Shown here one piece after another: positions 58,236 through 64,000 of a stretch of 64,000 bases of DNA. The stretch is from a virus (Duplodnaviria; Caudoviricetes): positions 1 to 64,000 of the IMG/VR virus record IMGVR_UViG_3300020577_006271, one strand, 5' to 3'. The translations under genes and the position numbers were made by a program. The notes under the pieces are model-generated. The model saw nothing but the letters and a program-made list of their open reading frames with translations. It searched no databases and had not been told where the DNA came from. Position 1 is the first letter of the stretch, and each line of letters opens with the position of its first letter.

Positions 58236-58415
58236 TCATTCATCCTCTTTCTTATAAGTACTTCAATCATTTTTCTATTTATAAATAGTTAATTTTTTAT
58301 TTTTCAATGTTTACTGGTTTATAAGTAACATTGTAAATCACTAATTCATTAATTTTCAAAGACTTATCATCAAATGATGTTGCATAAGTTTGTATTTATC
58401 TTACCAAAAATGATG

Positions 58416-59345
58416 TTATTTTGTTAATTGCCCATCCATCCAACATGTATATTGCATATTATCAATTAATTTTGCTGGATCTTTAATTGAAAGCCATACA
58501 TTTTTATTAAATAATCTAGCAATAGCCCCTGTATGGCACATTGAACCACCACGTGTGGTTAATATTGCTTTGAATTTTAATAATTTTTCAAGGTCGTCAA
58601 AGGTGGTATCGTCAGTTAGAAATAAGCACTCACTTGGACATGCATGATTAATATCTCTAGTTAAGATGCCAGTAACTCGATCTGTTGCGATTGTATATAC
58701 TGCAAATGTGACATGTTCTCCAGACACCGCTATGACTTCTTCTAGAGTTTCGCTGGCAGTATCTTTAAGGTTTCGTGTCTGCAAAAAATATACCGTACCA
58801 TCACTGACAGTAATTTCTATCTCTTGATCACAATTAAAATGTTTTAAAATTTTTTGTATATCAGAATATATAGGTAAATTCCGAGACAATGTAATCTCCA
58901 TTGGTGTAACAGCCCCAGCCATCAATTGATCGCCTGGAACATTTGCATATTGCATAGTACTGTCTCCATTCAACCTAGCGTGGATCACCGCAGAAAAATC
59001 ATTAGATGCAATTACTGGAATATAATTTTGTATGATACACTCAACTTGAAATAACCCAGCATAATTAATCTGTGTCAAAAATTCTCTAACTCGTTTGGAT
59101 TGTCCTGAATTGAAGACTTTTTTAACATATTCAGAAATCTCTTCCTTCTTTATGTCTAGATATGTGTTCATACGACCCGGAGTTGATATCGTACCGGATG
59201 AACGGACTGAAACCCGATCTGTTAAAAATATATCGGATATTGCTAAATCAACTTCATCTTCCGACTGTAAAGTTCTGAAATATGGGACATTTAATCCCAG
59301 TTCCATCAATTTATCTAGGTTACTGGCTTTACTCATTTGTAACAA
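58416..59345 (-). CDS. Miniature PEP-synthase/PPDK-like dikinase (ATP-grasp plus phospho-His domain)
   Basis: SKASNL..L...GLNVP.F, VSVRSS, PG.M.T.L, EIE, YFLQTR, T.GG..CHTGAIAR. Confidence 0.85.
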   Translation of the reverse strand: MLQMSKASNLDKLMELGLNVPYFRTLQSEDEVDLAISDIFLTDRVSVRSSGTISTPGRMNTYLDIKKEEISEYVKKVFNSGQSKRVREFLTQINYAGLFQVECIIQNYIPVIASNDFSAVIHARLNGDSTMQYANVPGDQLMAGAVTPMEITLSRNLPIYSDIQKILKHFNCDQEIEITVSDGTVYFLQTRNLKDTASETLEEVIAVSGEHVTFAVYTIATDRVTGILTRDINHACPSECLFLTDDTTFDDLEKLLKFKAILTTRGGSMCHTGAIARLFNKNVWLSIKDPAKLIDNMQYTCWMDGQLTK

Positions 59346-60034
59346 TATTTATAATTAAATGATCCATCATCATTAAATAACTGATCTAATTCATTTAGAT
59401 CATATTCATGATAATTGAAATTAATTTTAGTACTGCCTTGGGCAAGTTTATATGCTCTCATGGCAGCTATTTGTTCTGGAGTTATCCTGAAATGTTTCTT
59501 ATTTTTTTCAAATTTACCATCGCTGTAATTGTTATAACTAACTTCAAATTCAAAGGTGAATTCACAATCTGTTAGCATTGCACCAGTCAATTTAAGCCAT
59601 CCATTACGTTCAAACGCCGAATATCCATCCGAAGAATCTTTAAATTTTCCATGTTCGAGCAATTCATGGCTTAAATAATGATGCTGACTGTAACCACATT
59701 CGTAAAAATCACCGTTGGGTGCTATAGCACCATATAATGTATCTCCTGTAGATACTGATGTTATATCATCCGGCTGAAGTGGATTATTTGCGATTATACG
59801 GTATTGTATGGTTATTGTATCTTGAGTATCAATAACCTTTACATCTTTATCTCGTTGTAATTGAAACTTCTCTCCAGCATAAATATCATTTGCTATCTCG
59901 GAAAATTTATATTCATACATATACAATGGATATGTAATTACGCAGGAGCCTTCAACAACTTTAATATTGCACATTTCAACTTCAACATCTAATGATGTCA
60001 ACGTATCATAAACGTATTGAATTAATTCTTCCAT
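59333..60034 (-). CDS. Hypothetical protein
   Basis: Coupled between methyltransferase-like and dikinase genes. Confidence 0.7.
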   Translation of the reverse strand: MEELIQYVYDTLTSLDVEVEMCNIKVVEGSCVITYPLYMYEYKFSEIANDIYAGEKFQLQRDKDVKVIDTQDTITIQYRIIANNPLQPDDITSVSTGDTLYGAIAPNGDFYECGYSQHHYLSHELLEHGKFKDSSDGYSAFERNGWLKLTGAMLTDCEFTFEFEVSYNNYSDGKFEKNKKHFRITPEQIAAMRAYKLAQGSTKINFNYHEYDLNELDQLFNDDGSFNYKYCYK

Positions 60035-60513
60035 TATTTTTTTATTTTTAAAATTACTTCACCATCTTCAGATGTACCAGCAAGAGTTATTGGTTCATAA
60101 TCAAATCCACCTAAATCTTGTTCAATATTTTTAGGAAGTCCAATATATAATAATTCAGCGGACCCTGATACAAATATTGCCCCGTCAATTAAATCACTGT
60201 GGTGGCAAGGTCTGCATAAAAGGAACAGTGCTCTGTCTGGATTCAAACCTAACATCTTAGCTATATGGCACTGCAAAATTTCTTCCGGAAATAGATGTAT
60301 TGATCCTTCCCCATTTGTCAAATCTCGTAGGATTGAATAAGATTTGTGATAATCTAAAAACATGTCTATTCCGATTATCTTTTTAGCTCCTGCGATTACT
60401 AAGGCTTGAAGTAGTTCAGCTTCGGCACCACATCCAACATCTACTATAATTCTGTCACCTGCGTATTCAACAATACTTTGGCATAATTCTTTGTTTGGTT
60501 TGAAAAATCTCAT
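60034..60513 (-). CDS. Class I SAM-dependent methyltransferase-like protein
   Basis: IVDVGCG, IIGID. Confidence 0.6.
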   Translation of the reverse strand: MRFFKPNKELCQSIVEYAGDRIIVDVGCGAEAELLQALVIAGAKKIIGIDMFLDYHKSYSILRDLTNGEGSIHLFPEEILQCHIAKMLGLNPDRALFLLCRPCHHSDLIDGAIFVSGSAELLYIGLPKNIEQDLGGFDYEPITLAGTSEDGEVILKIKK

Positions 60514-60544
60514 TTTACTTTTATTTTATTTTTAATTAATACCG

Positions 60545-60596
60545 TAAAGTTATAATGATAATTTGACATTACCAAATAATTAACAAAATTTTAACG
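60545..60596 (-). promoter_or_regulatory. Promoter for methyltransferase/dikinase operon, with shifted TTAAC box
   Basis: TAACTTTA at 60545-60552, TTTGG at 60572-60576, TTAACA 60580, TTAACG 60591. Confidence 0.5.
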
Positions 60597-60600
60597 GAAA

Positions 60601-62508
60601 TTAAAAATTAGTCAATAACCATTCGAATTTAGGCTGTCTAGATTTTGAAAAATGTGAAGGATTGGTTTGGATTCTATATTCAGTGTTAAAATCCAAAAAG
60701 ATACCCTGTAAATTAATGGGAACATTCAATGCTAAATTATTTATAAGTTTTATTTTGCCGCAAAACCTATCAGTCCATTCTTCCATATTGGAATATGTAA
60801 TGGCATTTGAATATGTTTCTAAATTATAATAAGGAATACTGGTAAATGCTAAATCGTAATCAAAGCTAACATGAAAATCTTCTAATTTACAATTATGAAT
60901 ATAAACATTTGCCATATCTTTTGATAATTCTAATAACTCATTATAAGTTTCGATATTGGGCTCTATTCCAATATATGTACCACTTGGATAAATCGATTTA
61001 AACCCTATTAACCGACCACCAAATCCAGCACATGGATCAAATACAATTGGAGATACTTTGTTTCCCAAAAAATATTTATAAATAGATGCTGCCAACACTG
61101 GTTTAAAAAATGAAATAGTATATCGATTTGCTGATATACCTCTTAATAGTTGATGTTGACTGAAATCAAATGTTTCTTTCGTTTTATTGTCTCCAATACG
61201 ATATTTAATAATTTCGTACATTTTATCATCGTCATTCCATACATCCATTGGAGACATCTTTCCTCTATAGGATGATTTCCAATACGAATTGCTTTTAGAT
61301 TTAATTAATTCTACACCCAGATTGCTGCAATTATTATTAAACACATTATCCGATGGCATATTAATCTTTTTCGGTATTATATTTAATACTGTTTCAAGTG
61401 TTTCCGTTGTAACTATTTTAGGGAATTTAGTTTCGAATGTTCTAATCAATTTCAAAATTAAAAACGGTATCTTCTTATATTGTGGGGTATCTGTTTCACG
61501 TAAATGAATTAAATAATCCTTTTGAAGCAACACTTCTTTATATGCTGGCAATGAAATTGGATATTTAAATACTTCATTATTTTTAAGTATGGTATTGATA
61601 TCGTAATGATCTGGTATATTGTCTTCTCTAATTCGTATTATTTCTGGAATGTTAATATTTTTCTTTCTATCATTAATTGCCGACTGCAATAATTGTGCAT
61701 TCATATTAATTAAACTTAACGGATGCCAATATGTTCCATCAATTTCTATAAAATGGATTCCATCTATGCAAAAATCAATTACCCCATACTTGGTATTAAC
61801 TTGTGTTTTATATTTAATACAAGCCGACTCTAATAAGGCCTTAAATTTTAACTCTGGTTTTGTGAATTTTCCTTTAATTTTAGACATCCTACTAATTGAT
61901 TTGGCAGACATAATTTCTTTACTCGTTTGTTTATGTCTCCTACCGGACATCCCATTTGGGGCATGGCCTAAAATATAGTTTGTTCTATATGGTGGTCTAG
62001 GTGTAATTTTCATGTCATTGCCACAACCACATTTGCATTTAGGATAAACCCCAGAAAATATATATTCCAAAGCATATTGTTGCATCGGCACGTTGTGACT
62101 AACTCTAATATGATGTGCCAGTTGAATATGGTTTGAAAATTTAGTTTCATTACATATATAACATTTAAATTTGTCAGTTGATCTTAAATTATAGGATATT
62201 TTTGACGGTCGATATTCTGCATAGTGTTTAGCATATTCATCTGGCGATAAATCATGTTCGTCACGAAGATGTACAAACATTCCAACGGTTGAATATTCAT
62301 TATTGCAAATTTCACAAACAGTTCTTGACAAATTTCGTGTTGATGCATGTTTAATCTTTCTAAATTCGCCATACAAACTAACATATTCATTTATTAATAT
62401 TTCCTTATGTGCATGTTTAATGTGTGAAGACATTGAATATGCAGAACATTGTTTTTTACATATTGCGCACTCAATTGACTTAGGTTTGTTTTTTATGTTT
62501 CGTTTCAT
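60601..62508 (-). CDS. C2H2 Zn-finger / NUMOD3-like / Vsr-like endonuclease / amino-methyltransferase fusion
   Basis: Three C..C...H...H fingers, CKCGCG, G.RH..TSK.IMS, TKPE...DF...EIDGTYWH, FDPCAGFGGR, FTSIPYY. Confidence 0.75.
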   Translation of the reverse strand: MKRNIKNKPKSIECAICKKQCSAYSMSSHIKHAHKEILINEYVSLYGEFRKIKHASTRNLSRTVCEICNNEYSTVGMFVHLRDEHDLSPDEYAKHYAEYRPSKISYNLRSTDKFKCYICNETKFSNHIQLAHHIRVSHNVPMQQYALEYIFSGVYPKCKCGCGNDMKITPRPPYRTNYILGHAPNGMSGRRHKQTSKEIMSAKSISRMSKIKGKFTKPELKFKALLESACIKYKTQVNTKYGVIDFCIDGIHFIEIDGTYWHPLSLINMNAQLLQSAINDRKKNINIPEIIRIREDNIPDHYDINTILKNNEVFKYPISLPAYKEVLLQKDYLIHLRETDTPQYKKIPFLILKLIRTFETKFPKIVTTETLETVLNIIPKKINMPSDNVFNNNCSNLGVELIKSKSNSYWKSSYRGKMSPMDVWNDDDKMYEIIKYRIGDNKTKETFDFSQHQLLRGISANRYTISFFKPVLAASIYKYFLGNKVSPIVFDPCAGFGGRLIGFKSIYPSGTYIGIEPNIETYNELLELSKDMANVYIHNCKLEDFHVSFDYDLAFTSIPYYNLETYSNAITYSNMEEWTDRFCGKIKLINNLALNVPINLQGIFLDFNTEYRIQTNPSHFSKSRQPKFEWLLTNF

Positions 62509-62514
62509 AATATA

Positions 62515-62544
62515 AATATACAAAAAATATTTCATTTATCCAAA
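62515..62544 (-). promoter_or_regulatory. Class II promoter
   Basis: aatatacaaaaaatatttcatttatccaaa. Confidence 0.65.
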
Positions 62545-62555
62545 TTTCAGTCAAT

Positions 62556-62587
62556 AAAAAAGCCTAATAAAATTAATTATTAGGCTT
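62556..62587 (-). terminator. Intrinsic terminator after capsid gene
   Basis: AAGCCTAATAA/TTATTAGGCTT 11-bp stem plus U tract. Confidence 0.8.
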
Positions 62588-62613
62588 AATGTGTTTATAA
62601 TCAGTTAGTTATC

Positions 62614-64000
62614 TTAAATTGTATTAACACCTTCAATAAAGATCTTTCCATAAAATTCAGGTCGTAACATTTTCTTAGCGTATCTAGTAGATATCGCCTT
62701 TCTTGGCACGAAGTTAATTGGATCCAAAATGGTTGGTGTTGTCATCAATGGAATATAAGGACTGTAAACAGCTCCACATTCTAAGTATGATCCACCTCTG
62801 TAACCCATTAAGATTGAATTTTCAGTCATATACGGAACTTTGTAAACATCCCATCTATTAGAAATTGTACCTACTGCGCTTGGTCCCATTCCAAATTTAC
62901 CCTTAGTTCCATCAGTTGATGCTGCGTAACCTGGAATAGATTCAAGAATAGTTGCAATAGTAGGAGAAACCACCATGAAATTGGCACCGTCAGACATTGT
63001 CAATCTTCCGATTTCATTACTCATTTTTTGAATAGTTGTACCTAATGTTTGGAACCAACTTCCCTGTGTATATGCTGCAACATTACTTGGTGTTTGCACA
63101 AAACTGTTACTAGCTTTATCATATGCAAATCCTAATCTAGCAGACCAGTGACCTGTAGATTGTGCGTTATTGTACAACATGTCTATCAATTCTAAATCGA
63201 TTTCTTTAGTAATATAATCACCAAGCAATGCAGTCATTTCTGCTTCAACATCAATTGAATGGTAAGCGTTAATGTCTTGTTCAAATTCTGTAGTCCATAC
63301 CGCTTTCAATTTTCTAGTCACCGCACTAATTGATTCAGATTTAAGTGACAAGTCTAAAGTTGGAATATCCAACGGAGCATTAGCTGGTAAGTTTGCCTCG
63401 AAGTCACCTCTTGTGATGTCAGTAGTTTCTTTATGATATGAAACGATTACTGCAGCAGCTGCGGCAAATGTTATTGCTGTTTGAGAATCTTCAAGTAACG
63501 CAATCCAATGTATATTCGTTCTGTCGGCATTAGTTCTAGTATATCCCGCCAAATGTGCTTTAATCTGAGTTCCAGCGGTATCAGTGACTGTAAATCCTCT
63601 GACTCCATGTAAATCCGGACTGGTTAATGCCGAAACCGGAGTTGTGAATTTTACTACTCTTCCTGCTGCTATTGCGTCAGTCAGTACTGCAATCCTTTCA
63701 CTGTCGAAATTCAAGTCTGCAGGTGCTGTTGCTGGAGTTACTGCTGTTATGGTTGCTGCGACTGTATTGGCAGACACGTCATTAAGTGTATATCCAAATC
63801 TACCTGGACCATATAAACCACCGGTTGCTACTTCCGCTCCGCGTCTGGCATCAGTGACACCATATAAAGAGTCTTCTTGTGAGCCTTGCTGTGACCCAGT
63901 TGTAAATCCAGGTTGTCCACTTGCGTATTTATGGTCATACCAGAATACCAATCCAGTTGGCATTGACATACTTTGTGTTGACAAGAAATCTTTTGCTGAT
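62614..64000 (-). CDS. Major capsid protein (T4 gp23-like), 5' truncated by window
   Basis: Q.M..PTGLVF, TRKLKA.WT.E..QD..A.H.ID.EAE, GA.Y.PYIPL, PRKAI.TRY. Confidence 0.95.
   Translation of the reverse strand, partial: SAKDFLSTQSMSMPTGLVFWYDHKYASGQPGFTTGSQQGSQEDSLYGVTDARRGAEVATGGLYGPGRFGYTLNDVSANTVAATITAVTPATAPADLNFDSERIAVLTDAIAAGRVVKFTTPVSALTSPDLHGVRGFTVTDTAGTQIKAHLAGYTRTNADRTNIHWIALLEDSQTAITFAAAAAVIVSYHKETTDITRGDFEANLPANAPLDIPTLDLSLKSESISAVTRKLKAVWTTEFEQDINAYHSIDVEAEMTALLGDYITKEIDLELIDMLYNNAQSTGHWSARLGFAYDKASNSFVQTPSNVAAYTQGSWFQTLGTTIQKMSNEIGRLTMSDGANFMVVSPTIATILESIPGYAASTDGTKGKFGMGPSAVGTISNRWDVYKVPYMTENSILMGYRGGSYLECGAVYSPYIPLMTTPTILDPINFVPRKAISTRYAKKMLRPEFYGKIFIEGVNTI

Noticed and set aside
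1-64000. Stop-codon reassignment, diversity-generating retroelement, introns or inteins
   Set aside because: Core genes are intact under the standard code at expected lengths; no reverse transcriptase or intein motifs seen

Overview
AT-rich, almost entirely minus-strand segment of a large T4-like myophage genome. The host is probably Bacteroidota, inferred from TAnnTTTG promoters and a class Id-type RNR. From right to left it carries: major capsid protein (cut by the window edge); a Zn-finger/Vsr-nuclease/methyltransferase fusion; a mini PEP-dikinase operon; neck, tail and baseplate genes; a replication block (compact PolA, gp32-like SSB, UvsX/RecA, 5'-3' exonuclease, gp41-like helicase); NrdAB; and ~24 kb of small accessory genes with a complete IS605 (tnpA/tnpB). 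The most notable signal is at least 11 unrelated proteins sharing one of two N-terminal leaders (MIKFKDIL-x-E or MTKEQIKQIVKLTE...KKLNE). Both end in a T4 gp21-type (I/L)-x-E site, which suggests a modular capsid-loading system for injected cargo. The cargo includes an ADP-ribosyltransferase-like domain and a probable protease-processed polyprotein. Three promoter classes are readable, one with an 11-bp-period TTAAC direct repeat at a fixed distance from the -7 element. All calls come from reading motifs by eye; no database searches were run.
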